A stretch of DNA of 64,000 nt. Origin: Halocafeteria seosinensis (taxonomy: Eukaryota). The DNA lies in the NCBI GenBank assembly GCA_001687465.1, contig LVLI01000195.1, positions 1 through 64,000 of the forward strand, in the 5' to 3' direction. The stretch's first letter is position 1. Every line of letters starts with the position of its first letter. This document shows positions 47,544-60,800 of the stretch, one piece after another. The notes under the pieces were generated by a model, which worked only from the letters and a program-made list of their open reading frames with translations, was not told the DNA's origin and made no database searches. A program made the position numbers and the translations under genes.

Positions 47544-49449
47544 ATGGCAGCATCGACACTGGAGCGAGTAAGTGATGGGAGCACCATAGGGCTTTATACA
47601 TGGTAATGGTCACATTCTCGTCGCTCTTTTCACCTTTATGGTGCAGATGCGCTTGCTCCATGAGGAGCTGGAGCAGCTAGAACAGACAATGGCGGACGCC
47701 ATTGAAAATAGACCAAGCAGAGTACGAGAATGTATGAGGCAAGATAGTTGGAACCGTGTTCATTGACTTACTGCTTGATATACAGATGAAGGATGCTGTG
47801 ATGAATGATCATTTTATTTTGAATTGCACAAAGCGTACACAAGAGACATCCCAGAAATTGATGGAATTATACGCCGATAAAGACGGGTATGGATAACTAC
47901 GCCCGCAATTGATTTACATATTCAAATGGTCAATTGCTGTTGTTCAATTTAATACAGGCTTCGACGACATGAAATTAGCTCCATGGCCGGTAACGGAAAA
48001 CTCGACAAATTTTACGACAGTCTTAACGAAATCCGGCGCTACTATGAAAAGAATCCGGATACCACCAATGAAAATGTTGAACAAAGCATCCTGGCAGATT
48101 TGGAACCACAAGTCGAATTCACTGGTGAGGAAAGATACGGAAAGTACCTTGACTTGCACTCTCTTCACGAAGAGTGGCTAAATGTTGTAGAAGCCGAGGC
48201 TGACACGCCGAACACAGACTACTATTCGTATTTGGGATACTTCGCCCAATGTGCTGCTGCACCTAATGTCAGCAATGCGGAAGAATTGCGCCAGAAGAAA
48301 GGCTACAAGAGTTATGTTGAGCATCTAGCGCAGTATTTGTGTGGGTTCCATAAGAGAATTCACCCACTTGTGGATTTGCCCCAATCACTGGAAACAGTCT
48401 TTGCGGAATTCCTGAAGAACTGGCATCAAAGCGCCTCTGTCAACGGTAGTCAAGAGCAGCAAATAGACTTAGAACAATATAACTCGCAAGAGGAATTAGA
48501 AGCATTGGGGTTAGGAACGTTGAAGACGGAATTGACGAGGAGAGGTCTAAAGTGTGGTGGCTCCTTGAGTGATAGGGCGAAGAGACTTCTTGCAGTAAAA
48601 GGCTTAAGTCCCGAACAGTATCCCAAGAAGCATGTTGCCAAACGGCCTCAGCCTAGAGCAAGCACCAACGGTGAGACCTCTGTACAGGGTTCCTCTGCTA
48701 ATCAAAATGGTAGCCACGGTCAAAACAATGAAGAAAGAGATCAAGCTGATGACCAATGGCGTACAATGGCACGAGAGATTTACTCTTATGACAGTGGTGA
48801 TACAGTAGTCCCCGGGTATAATGGGCTTGCTCCAGGAAAACAGCGTCTTTCATGGTGCGAAACATTGGTTCAAACAATGGCGGATCTCCTAAATGAGAGG
48901 GTTGAAGCAACTCGGAATTTGGTTAAAAGGAAGCAAACGAGAACGTATGAGGAATTGCAGCAAGATTACGCCGAGGAATTAGCAGAAGACGAAGAGGGCA
49001 ATAGGCGGCAGCAGCAACAACAGGAATATCAAGCAGATGACAGCGATACGGATAGTGACGAAGAAGAACCTATTTATAACCCCAAGAAGATCCCTCTCGG
49101 ATGGGACGGAAAGCCTATTCCGTTTTGGTTGTACAAACTTCACGGCCTCAATCACGCCTTTAAGTGCGAAATTTGCGGAGATGTCACATACTATGGACCC
49201 CGAAACTTTCAGAAGCATTTCTCAGAGTGGCAACATGCTGAAGGTATGCGTGCTCTTGAGATTCCAAATTCTAAGCATTTCTTCGGGATCACACGTATAG
49301 CCGAGGCAAAAGCCCTCTGGCAACGATTGAAGAATGAAAACCAGAAGATCGAATGGGATCCTGATCGCGATGAAGAATTCGAAGATTCGGAAGGTAATGT
49401 GCTTAACAGGAAGACCTTTGAAGATTTAGCTCGACAAGGACTCTTGTAG
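47544..49449 (+). CDS. SF3A3: Splicing factor 3A subunit 3 (Prp9/SAP61)
   Basis: MAASTLER|MRLLHEELE, FTGEERYGKYLDLH, SAP motif GLKCGGSLSDRAKRL, PIYNPKKIPLGWDGKPIPFWLYKLHGL, CEICG, HFSEWQHAEGM, EEFEDSEGNV. Confidence 0.96.
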
Positions 49450-49602
49450 TCCAAAGCAACAATTACACACTACGAGCTTCACAGACACTTTCCATTGCCC
49501 TTAGGGATTGCTCTCATGTAGATTCAATTACTAGATTGTCATGAATTTCATGTATTAATATGTCAACTAGTGGGCTGTATTTGTAGTGTATTACAGATAG
49601 TG

Positions 49603-51595
49603 ATGAAGCTCCTGAATCCACGGCCGGGCCTGTGGCTCCTCATGGCTGTAGGGGCTTGTATGGGATGTGGAGCAAGTATCGTTGGTGCCAGGGACTTCGC
49701 AGATTACGTGAGCAAACACACTTGCCACCATTTTGATGCCGAGAGAGCCTGCACGGGGAGCGAACTGTTGTATGGACATGTGTTTAATGGAATGTATGTA
49801 CTAGGTGGGATCTGTTCATGAAAGTGTCATCCATGTACATGGTATTTTGTTGCCAATTCCACAGAGAGGAGGTGGACCCAGATTCAGGCATTGGACATCG
49901 ACTGCAACAAGCTGTTGTGGATGATGTCAAACAGCGTACCCCCAAGCAATTAACGGCCCACGCGGGATTAGCCTGCTGCAGAATAGCTGGATGTGAATCG
50001 GAAGGTGACAGGAATTGTAGCTGGGAAGCAATATCCGTGAACATCGATTCGATCAAATTGGTGGATCTTAATTATGTCGTGGATGAAACGCAACGGGAAA
50101 TTCTTGCGAATTTCTCACACAGTAGATCGTTCAATATGGGCGTATCGTTTTTCTCTACTTCTCGCTCTCAATGGCTCGCGAAGGCTGGAACTTCGTCCGG
50201 AAGCATACAGCTGAAGCATCATACCGGCCACACAATCGACGCTAAAGCGGCCGTGCATTTACTAGAATTTCGATTCCACTTCTTATCCCAAGGGAATTCC
50301 TCCAGTGAGAGTGCAGAAGTTGACGCGGAAGGTGAAGTTGAACACCGCGGAGAGTCGAGCTACTCGAAGCAAGATATTCGCATAGTTAATTATAACATAT
50401 GGAACTCGAACCCACCCCAATGGCTTTTCAAAACCAGAGTAAGTGGAGCACGACCACGTTAAGAACGTTTGCGACTCATTCATGCCCTCGAATCCCTGTT
50501 CCAGCGAGCTAGATGGAATAGATATATTCAAAGAATGAATCTTTTTAAGAAAACTGTCAAAGATGTGCGTCCGGATGTACTATTACTCCAGGTAAGTTAA
50601 TGCTACACATTTGCGTTCTCAATTGTTTGCTACCACGTTAGCAGCTTCTGTCTTCTTATATGCAGGAGGTGCGAATGGATGAAACCCTCGATAAATCTAA
50701 AGGACGATACAACCAGATGGAACACCTTGCGACATTGTTTCCGTCTTACCAATTTGTCTTCCAACCGGCAAATTTATATCCTCATGCTGTGGAAAATCAT
50801 GAGCGAGATGAAGAAGGAGTTGGTGTCATGAGCAGGTTTCCTATAGTAGACAGTGATTATTTACTCTTGAGCCAAAACTATGACGATGCTGAAGACGAAC
50901 ATCGGCGCGTCGTCTTACACGCAGTACTTAAAATTCCTGGTGTTGCGACGAGCTCATATGACAAATGTACGTCTGGAAAGCTGTACAACTCCACGCACTG
51001 TGCGGCACTGATGGATGTCTTCACGACCCATTTTCCGCTGAGCAAAGACGCTCGACAGCGGCATACCCAAGAAGTGCTAAATTATATGGCTAACAGCAAA
51101 CGAGGTGAGCTACAAATACTAGGTGGAGATTTGAATGCTGAACCTCACGAAGACGAGATAAAAATGCTAAATGGGCTGTTAGAGAGGAAAGCTTCGGGTC
51201 GCGCTAGACCTAAATTGCTGGACTCGTGGTTATGCCACCATGAGGAACCGTCTACAGAGGAGAATGCCTCAACTGAAGAGCGAAGGCATTCATTGACGTT
51301 TGCTTCCGATAACGCAACAAAGCGGATTGACTATTTATTCGTTGACGCTGCGTCTGTCGACGACTTTGATCATGTATGCCCTCAATATCCGTTTCGTCTT
51401 GAACAAGGGTTCGACACAGCAGAGATATTCAAATCCATGAAACTTAGACATTTGCATCCCCCGTTTCTCATAGGACAAGACTATATGGAAGGTAGTGGGG
51501 ACCCGGAAAAAAGCGACGGGATGGTTGATAAGAACTCTCCGTTGTATGCTTCGGACCACCGAGGTCTCGTTCTGGACATCTCAATAGAAACATAA
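49603..51595 (+). CDS. Signal-peptide-bearing endonuclease/exonuclease/phosphatase (EEP) family protein
   Basis: Hydrophobic N-terminus; IVNYNIWN, PDVLLLQ|EV, EEGVGVMSRFPI, VFTTHF, GGDLNA, RIDYLF, ASDHRG. Confidence 0.85.
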
Positions 51596-51889
51596 CTGCT
51601 AGGTCTGTGCAATTCATACGCCTGGGTATCTCAGCTTAAGTGCCCTAACCGGTGGCTATCAAATCTACGCTTCCGTAAATACTGTGGAGTCTCCTTCTAC
51701 TTAGCCGTTAACTTCTCGTGAAGATCAAGTTGTGTGGTGTGACAACGGACACAACTGATAACTACATACGAGTTGCTACGTACAACGGGACACATAAATT
51801 CCATGATACTCTTTATGCATTGCCGGCCGAAAATAGTGGCAGCTTGAGTCGACTACAGCGTATATTACGCGCATTCGACCATTGCTTTC

Positions 51890-54800
51890 ATGATGCACCG
51901 CAGTGGATCTCGTGAAGGCAAAAGCGCAGAGGGCGCTTACAAGTCACCTCACAAAGATAAAAGCACGCTGAAAGAAACAGCATTAGAAGCAACAAATACA
52001 TCCCCGCTATCTGTCGATGTACCGAGGACTTTAGCACCTACACTGACTGTGGACGAGATGAAAGAGAGACTAAATCCCCACCCGTCAACAGCCATTGAGA
52101 TGAAAAAAGGTAGAGAGGTGACAATGTCACATACGGGAGTTCCTTTGACATTTTCTACTGCAAATCAATACTTGCGTCCCTCGCAAACGGTCAAGTTCCC
52201 ACGCAAGGGTCCATATCGTGACCCGCTGCTTGTAAACGGAATACGTCCATGGGAAGGAGGTCCTAGTAGAAAGGGGGCTTACATGCCACAGCTCCACAGA
52301 CTCGGTTCACCAACAGGTCCCCAAGCTGAGGAATCCAATGAGTCCTTGGCTGATTCTGAAACCAAAAGCATGTCCTCTGAAGAAGATGAATCAATAAGCC
52401 CCAAGCTGACGGTGGTAGCTGCACTAGGAAAGGTGGAACCGTTGCTAGCTGAATATCCTCAAATCGTTCAAGCGCTACAAAAGATTAGACTGCCGGAACG
52501 CGACCCTTCTTTTATTCGTATAGACGAATCTAAAATTCCATTTTCAATGTTTGATGATGATAGCTTTGAGACAATGAAGGATCCACGAGAGATTATTCCG
52601 GAGGAATTGGCACGCAGTCCTCTCTACAAGGACCACAGATGGGAATGGAAGCTGGTACACGTTCTCAGCTTTGATAAGGAGAATCAGCGTTACATGGTTC
52701 GCTTTTCTGGTTCAAGTAAAATAAAAAAGGTAGGGCGCCTGGATATTTGCTTCCTGCGAGAAGACACCAAGAATTTTCAGCGAAGGTTACTCATGGCCCT
52801 TTACAACCGAGAGAAGTTCAAGCTGGAGCTAAGAAAGCGATACCTCGTGGCCACTCATCCTGCATTGTCGAGTGAAGCTATAAGCACGAATACTATGTTT
52901 CGCGTTCTGATGCGGGTTTATAGTGCTTCTTTCGCCCGCAGTTCTGCACTCAATCAAATTACTGGGAGCCTTCGAGCTAAAAAGTCAGCTATGGAAGCTT
53001 TCAACTGGTTCAATCCGCTCCTTCCGGCTTCGACGAAGGTGTTTTTTACTAGTGAGTTAAAGCATACACTCATGGAACAAGAATTTGAGGATTTTTTGCA
53101 TTCCTTGCTGGACAATATCAGTAGCAAAGATGACACCGGGTTCAGGAAAACTAACCTTAACTTCCTTGACTCCATATCAAGTGCCTGTGCCCGAGCTGTG
53201 CTGCGCCACTTTCGTACCGTCAAGATTAAAAATCTTCCCGAAGACGTATCTGATGCTTCGGAAAAAAGGAAAAGCATAGAGCAACTGTTTTTCAGGAACG
53301 TACTGGACAGCCTCTGTTTAGCTTCAGATGCGATCAGAAACAGTCTCGAAGAGGTAATGAGCGATTATGAGGAAGCTGGAAAAACGGCAGCTTTACATAG
53401 TGTGCTTCGTGGACTTGGACCACGGGGAGGTACACTTGCCGCTGAGGCTCGGCAACTGAACATGCAGGTCCCAGTTCCAACTAGAGTTTCGCCATTCTTT
53501 GGAAAAATTCAGATCCGGAGTGGACAATTTCATCGGTCCCAGGTTAAAGCAGCCAATTCTATACGCTTCGGTGATAAATCGGTAGTAAGATGCCTATCCC
53601 AACTATCGCTCAACTGGACACGGCACGACAACTGTTCTCTATTCGCTTATAAACCTCCCCTTGCCCCGTGTTGTGGAGCGCCAGAGATTTGGAGGGTGCG
53701 AAGAATCCGGCAGAGTACCCAGCAAACTTCAAAACTTAAGGGTCAGCTCTCTGTCCTTAATATTTCCTCACTACTGAGGTTGGGCGGCACCGACCACCCT
53801 GACGGAGTTTCTTCCCACCGAAGGTCCGACGCTGTTTTCTCTGTGGTCGACTTCCCCTTGTCCTTGGAGGACTTTATGCTACTCCAAGAAGAGCACATGA
53901 AGAAGGTGACTAAATGCGTGTTGGAGGAAGCGACTAAAGACACGGCGAACACAATTATTGACAACGTTGCTGCTAGTCGATATGATTTCTATATCAATAA
54001 CGCTGTCGATTTTTTGGATTCAGATGCCCATCGCCTTTTGACGTTGATAGATTGTTTCCGGAGAGCACATTTACATGCAATTTGGACAAGGTCGCTTAGC
54101 AACTTTACATCGCTGTTTCAGCACTACGCTGATGCTTATCCCGAAGAACCACGGAAGCCAGGAGCATTTGACCATCTCGATCCCATGTTGTCAGTAAACT
54201 TTAGTTTGAACTCTTCCGGCAAGAAGCAATGGCAGCAATTATATGCCAATGGATGGATATCATCCTGCGATATTGTTGCAAGACGAGCTGAGCTTGACCC
54301 AGAGTCTGGTGTATTCGTATTCAAAATGTCTCCGAATACAAACGACGTCTCCAATGGGCCGTTTGTACACATAACAAATAGCCCCACTGAGATCTTGCGG
54401 AAAATTTTGAGACTGATGGACGACATCAGATCAGAGGTCGCAGATTGTTCAAGCATTCCTTGTCTATGTTTGGCTATTTCGTCTGTCTGTGACAATACAA
54501 AACTTGTCCCGCTGCAGGATGACAGGGAAGCCTCATCAGCGCATTGGCACAAACCTTGGAGTAAAACCAGACGGCTCATAAGCAGCTTAGTACAAAAACT
54601 CCTGAACCCAACCATAGATGTTTGCAAAGACCTACAAAACATGTGCTGGATTTTCTCCGTAGATGGTGAGAAAGTTTTCGACGAGGTCAGTGAGCAACAC
54701 GGTGCTCTTCCGGTTGAACATATTTTTTCCCTTGTCCGCCAATTGGAAGATCTGAAAGCTCAAATTAGGTCTATGGGAAGCGGTGTGAGAGAACTAGGCT

Positions 54801-57800
54801 TTATTCACCTCGAGTTTGGTTCCGTTATCTCTCAGCTGTTGGAGGAGGTTACGACTGTAGAACGTACTCTACTGGATAGGCTTGCTGACAAAGCAAGAAA
54901 GAATGCTGAGGAGGTCCATGGCCAATATGATTCAATCATTGCGCAGTTAAACGTATTACCGCAAAGTGAAGAAGAATTAAGCAATCAACGAGATTACATT
55001 AAGAGGTTGCCTGATCTCCTAGATAGCATTTATTCGCAGTCTGAATCACTTCGCACTTTTGTTAGTGTTGCGGAAGGCTTTCAATACAAATTAAAACCGC
55101 CTGATTTTGAGCTCTTTTGGACTCTACTAAGTAGACCTGGTGACGTTTTTGAGGCTCGTGGGGCCTGTGAGTTTGCGTTAAGCCAAGAAAAGGCTAAAAT
55201 GATATCGAACTTGGAAAAGGAGAAACAGCAATTTGTAAAAGACTTAAAGCGGGTGGAGGAACGAGTAGAAACGTTTGGTCGGTCTGCTGATCCCAAGAAG
55301 ATTATCACCATCGTTGATGAGGCCAATCAAATCGACTATCAGTTGCGGACTCTCTCAGAGAAAGCCGCAGGATTCGCCAATCGCGAGCAACATCTTGGTT
55401 TCGGGGTTGTTACTTATACACTCTTAAATTCCTTAAACGAGGAATTTGAGAGTACATTCCGGGCTTGGACAACATTGGCAGAGTTTCAAAGCAAATCACA
55501 GCAATGGATGAATGGACCACTAGAGGAGATTGACTTTCCCGACCTTCGTAAGGAGACTGAAGAAGCCAGAACTCTGGCGGAATCCCTTATAAAGACCCAA
55601 GAGGACATTACCGAAAGTACCAGAGTGGCGGCCAAAGAGCTAAAGGATGCCACGGAGATATACGTTCAGTTAGTTCCATTGTTAGAAAAACTGTTGAGTC
55701 CGAAAATGCGGGAACATCACTGGGAGTTATTAAGGGAGAAAACAAAACTAAACTTCCTGGGAACAGCAGACTCAACTCTCTCACAGCTCGTCAACGGACA
55801 CGTTTTGCAAAAGCGCGAAAAAGTCTCTGATGTATTCGACTTAGCCACTGTAGAAAGTCAGCTCCGTGAAACATACGATATAATCACGGAACACTGGGAA
55901 CAGCGAGAATATCCGTTGGAGAGTCCTGCCAACTTGGAATGCCCAATTCTTGGTGACTGTAGCGAGCTGCTAGCTACAATTGAGGAACATCTTGTAACCC
56001 TCCAGAATTTGCTATGTTCGCCACATGCGCACCGTTTAGTTGATGGATGCTTAAGACTACAAAGGACACTGAAAGGTGTCCAATGCTTAGTTCCATTCTT
56101 TCTGGAGGTACAGGAACTGTGGGAATATTGCTCCGAAATTGTAGGAAACAGATATTTGATGCAACAACTTCCTAACGCAAAGAAACTTTTCAAATCTAGC
56201 GATAAGAGCTTTCGCAGTACACTTGCTGACATTACAGACAATCCGCTTGCAGTTAATATTGTTGAGAAAGAGAATTTGTCCAACATTTTGCGAGAAAGTA
56301 AAGTTCAGCTTCTGAAGGTGAAAGATGCTGTGCTGGAAGAACTTGCTGACTCTCAAAAACACAGTCCTCGGCTTGGCTTCTTAACGAAGGACGACATAAT
56401 TTCCTTTTACTACTCCGTCAACTATCCGAAAGAGTGGGAACAGTTTGTGTCTAAATGTTTCTACGGGATCTCCAGACTCCATTTACGACCTACGAAAAAT
56501 TCACAGGAGAACTCGTACGTCGACGGTGTGGGAACAGCACACGAGAGTTTAGGATGGATGGTATTGGATGAAGCAATTCCAGCGGAAATGTTCGTTCACA
56601 ACGTGGGGGAATTTCTCCATGAACTAGACCGATGCTCTCGAAGGTCATTGCTCTCCCTTACATTTTGTGCCGTGAAGAGATTTAATAATAACGAATTCAT
56701 CCCTTGGATAGATCGCTGCGCCGTGCAACCCTGTTTGCTAGCTCTTAACATAGTTTTATCGGAAATTATTGGACAAACTGTTGATGGGGGGCGTAGACAG
56801 GATACGAGCTACGAAGAACTTCAAAGTTTACGGGAACATGCTATACATGCCCTTCAGTCCGAAGGCTCTCGAAGAGGGAGACGCATAAAAATGCAATTCA
56901 TTCTCTTGACAATTGGGAAGTACCTGGAAATCCTAAAATTGGAACACGGCCAACAACCGACTTGGACTTTGACGCCTAAATATCTGCTTCGAGAAGGTTC
57001 GGAGGGTTCCGATCCACTGCTCACATTGACGGCTGCCGGAGTGACAATCAAGCACGGTTTGAGCATTCTCGACAGCTACGATTCGCTTCATATCAACCCA
57101 ATTACCGATCGCTGTCTTCTAGCTTTGCTCCCCTGTTTTCAACGAAACCAACTGTCTTGTTTGGTTGATAATAACGCAGGGACTGTTTCCAAGGGCTTAC
57201 AGGACGCAGCATGTCTGTGTGGGTACGAACCGTGGCTGCTGAATGCTAGTAGCATCGCCCGAGGTATACGGCCACAGCAATGGATGAAGGCTGCATTATC
57301 CACTAGTTCTTGGGCAGTTGCTTGCTTGGATTCCATTGAGGAGAAAAGAGTATGGAAATGTGTTTCCCTGGCATATGAATGCTTCAGGATGAAATTAAAT
57401 GAGAGGGAGACCACCGAAAAGCTGAAGTACATAGCAGTACCACAACTGTTTTTCCTGTCTTCGTCAATTTCAAGGGATTCGCTGGCAGCCCATATACCTT
57501 CTACGTTCAGAACGGTAAGCATAGTAATTCCATCTTGCCAGCAGATTGTCACGAGAATGTTGTGCTGCGCCGGTTCTCCGTGCCCCTCTCGTATGGAACG
57601 ACTGTTAAGGCAATTTGCTGAATTCGTACACTCGTTGAACAGCGGAATCTTCAAGAATGTCGAAGGTTTAATTTACTTCTTACTTGATAGGGTTCTAGAA
57701 AAATGTTGCGTGTGGGACTGGGATGCTTTCTACAGCACATTGCACAGAATTTGCTCCAGGGTATTCAGTGAAGCTCCTCTACCCCTTGCCAATGGTACGT

Positions 57801-60800
57801 TCGATACAACGCGCTCATCGAAACAGCTAACGTTAGAAATCGAGAAAATATTGGGAGCGAAAGGGTGCATTTCCACGGATCCGACAACTGAACTCGTTTC
57901 CAGGGTCTATAAATCGTTTCAAGAGGACCAAACCGCCATTATCTATGGAGAGACGCTGGGAGGCAAGACGACGGTCTTCAACGCTGCTCTGGAGCTTTAC
58001 CGCGAAACCAGTTCGCTTAAGGTAGCTTCAATGCGCCTGAAGTACCTTGGATGGGATCATCCCAGCATGAGTATCGGAGCTGTATACAGTTTTATCCGAA
58101 AGAGAACCCAATCATGTGGGGACGACTATGAATGGGTCATAAAGATAGACTGCTGTGAGGTCGCCCAAGGGATGGTAGATACAATTCTCCAGGAAGTCTT
58201 CTGCACGAAGCTAAAAAACACAAGGCTATGCATCGAGGCCGCTAGCATCAGAAATTTGTCTCCAGCAACATTGACTGCGGGGTCTTTAACTTTCTTCGAT
58301 GCTAGTCACTTCTCCTGGAATGACGTTCTACAGCTACATCTCGAGAATACAGGGGTAGATGCAAGATATCATAAAAAGGTCACTACCGCAGTGGGAAGTG
58401 TCCTCCCCGTATTATGTATGGGAGTTAACAGATTTCCAAATTTCGCCTCTTTTGTGTCGATGGAACAGCTAATGGTACTGTGGCTGCCGTTGTTTACTCA
58501 TGTACAGACCCTCCACGCGGGTTCCACGACGAACTTGTCCAAGTCCAAGTGGTTCGAAGGGGTATGCCTTTTCAGTCTACTAGAAGTATCAGTGCCATTG
58601 ATAGAACCTTCACAAAGAGCAACGGTGCTTAATGCACTTGAGACTCTCTGTCGTGGACAGGAGATGACACTATTCGGGGCTGAAGACTTCCGAAACAATC
58701 AACGTGCGGGAACGAACGAGGATACTTTGCAACAAAGTGGTCACGGACTCAAATCCTCATTTTGTCCGATGTCCGATATGGCAAAGAGCGTAACACTCGA
58801 AAACTCAATTTTCGACTATTCCTCTGGGAAGTGGAGCCAAATACAAAGCGTTCCCAGTGAAGCTTCACTAATCTCAGGTTGCATTTTCGTACCGAGTAAC
58901 ATCCAAGTGTCTGCTGCTACATATGCTGCCAAAATCACTAAAACTGGCACACATGCTTGTATAATTGGAGATGGAGGGGTAACATTGCCCTTTGGTCGGT
59001 GGTATCATGGCCACTATGAATCCCATAGTCCGTTTATCACGATGAATTCTTTGATGCAACCACAAGAGCTATGCACGATGCTTACATCATCGCATAAGCG
59101 ACTGCACAAGTATTGCTTCGTCGCCGATGAGAAGAAGCCCATATCTGTAGTGGTAGAAGATTTACATTTAGGGAAGTCACGTGGTCTACGTGAGCTCCTG
59201 AGAGGCGTGCTCGAAGACTGTGTCATTCCTGAAGTTGAATCCGATGAAAGCCTCCTGTTTGCTAGTATTGAAGGGTTCAGAATGGTTGCAACGATTGAAT
59301 CTAGAAATATTGAAAGTTTGAGTCTATCGTTTCTGCATCAATTCTCTCTACTCTTCTTAAGGGATAAAAGCGATGAATGCCATGTTGAAACTATTTTTAA
59401 CAGCCTGAAGGGACTGCTGTGCACTTTCGATCTGGATGAGAAAGAAATTGCTGGATACACCAAAACACTAGTGGGTGTATTGCAGATATCGAAAGAGCTT
59501 CCCGCTTGGTTCGGGAACAACAGTTTCTGTCATCTGTTGCGAATTATGAGGAGCCTATCAAAGAACTGTGAAAAAAATACGAGGGGCTTAAATGAAGTCA
59601 TCGCGGTGACTACGTCAAAATATATCTCTTCGTGGACTGCGTTTGGTACACAGTTCGAAACTAAAGGCGACGAAATTCTTAGACTCCCCGAGAGTCGGCA
59701 CAGTGGCAAAGGGGCGCTCGATACTGTTGCACAAGTAAATGAAGAACTCTTGGAGCGGTATAAGGACTCTAACGCCGGTGAGAAGTGGGGGATTCTCGAT
59801 GACGGACATAGTGTTTCTCCAGAACAAGAGTGCCAAGGGGATTACGGTTGTAAACAGTTTCTGCGTCCTTCAAAATGGGTGACAAGAATCTGTACCGCCA
59901 TTTCCAGAATAATGGACGAATACTCGTGTGACGTGGTTATTAGGAGTGCCCCAGAAAGATTGTGGCAAACAATCACTAGTTGTCTCGCTAGAAGAGACAA
60001 CCTGTCCCAAGTCATTGTGGGAGAAACAAGTGATATAGCTGCCGAGGTGGAGAGAGTTAAATCCACCCTGGAAATGGGTGCCACAGTCCTCGTAAGCTTT
60101 TCAATTGCAAACAATGAAGACATGTCTCTGTTCGAGGTTTTTCGCCACGCGATGTGTATGGCAAATTGGAAATCAGGAAAGGATTCGGACGTCCCCAGTA
60201 ATTTGCACGTCGTTGCTTTTGAGACATGGCCCTCTGAGAATACCGTTGCAGCATGTCGTTCACTATCAAGGACTCCTATTGTTTATGATGCTCTGCCGAC
60301 AATGGAGGAAAGAAATGAAGCTCTCACGGAATACTTAGGAGAGTATCTGCCCACCAAGAGCGTACTACATGCAATGAATGGAATTTTTGCGCGATTTACG
60401 GAAAGCTTCGCCTCGCAATATAGCCAAGTCTGTTCTCTCGCAACCGGCTACAAACTGTCTATCCAGATGCTGCAATCCACTGTTTTACCTAGAAGACGAA
60501 TACTAGAAAGCATCCTTGAACAGGCTAGCAGGATGGACACCATGGTGAGCAATCAGAAGTCTCATGCCGAGGATTTGAAAAATCAGACTAACGAGGTACG
60601 GAAACAGATGAAGGCTACAACGGAAAAGATTGAGTACGCTGAGACGGAAGTGAATGAACTTCAAGAGCATATAAAAAAAATAGAAGCTGAGCTGGAGGAG
60701 AAGGAAGAAGAGTTCCGAACGAAGTCTGAGGCGTTGGCTACACTCAAACACGAAGAACAGCGCGCTACGGAAGCTGTTCGGGCCGCGGCTGCTGCAATCA

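Noticed and set aside
51643..51650. CCCTAACC as a telomerase RNA template
   Set aside because: An 8-mer expected by chance, with no supporting structure or promoter.
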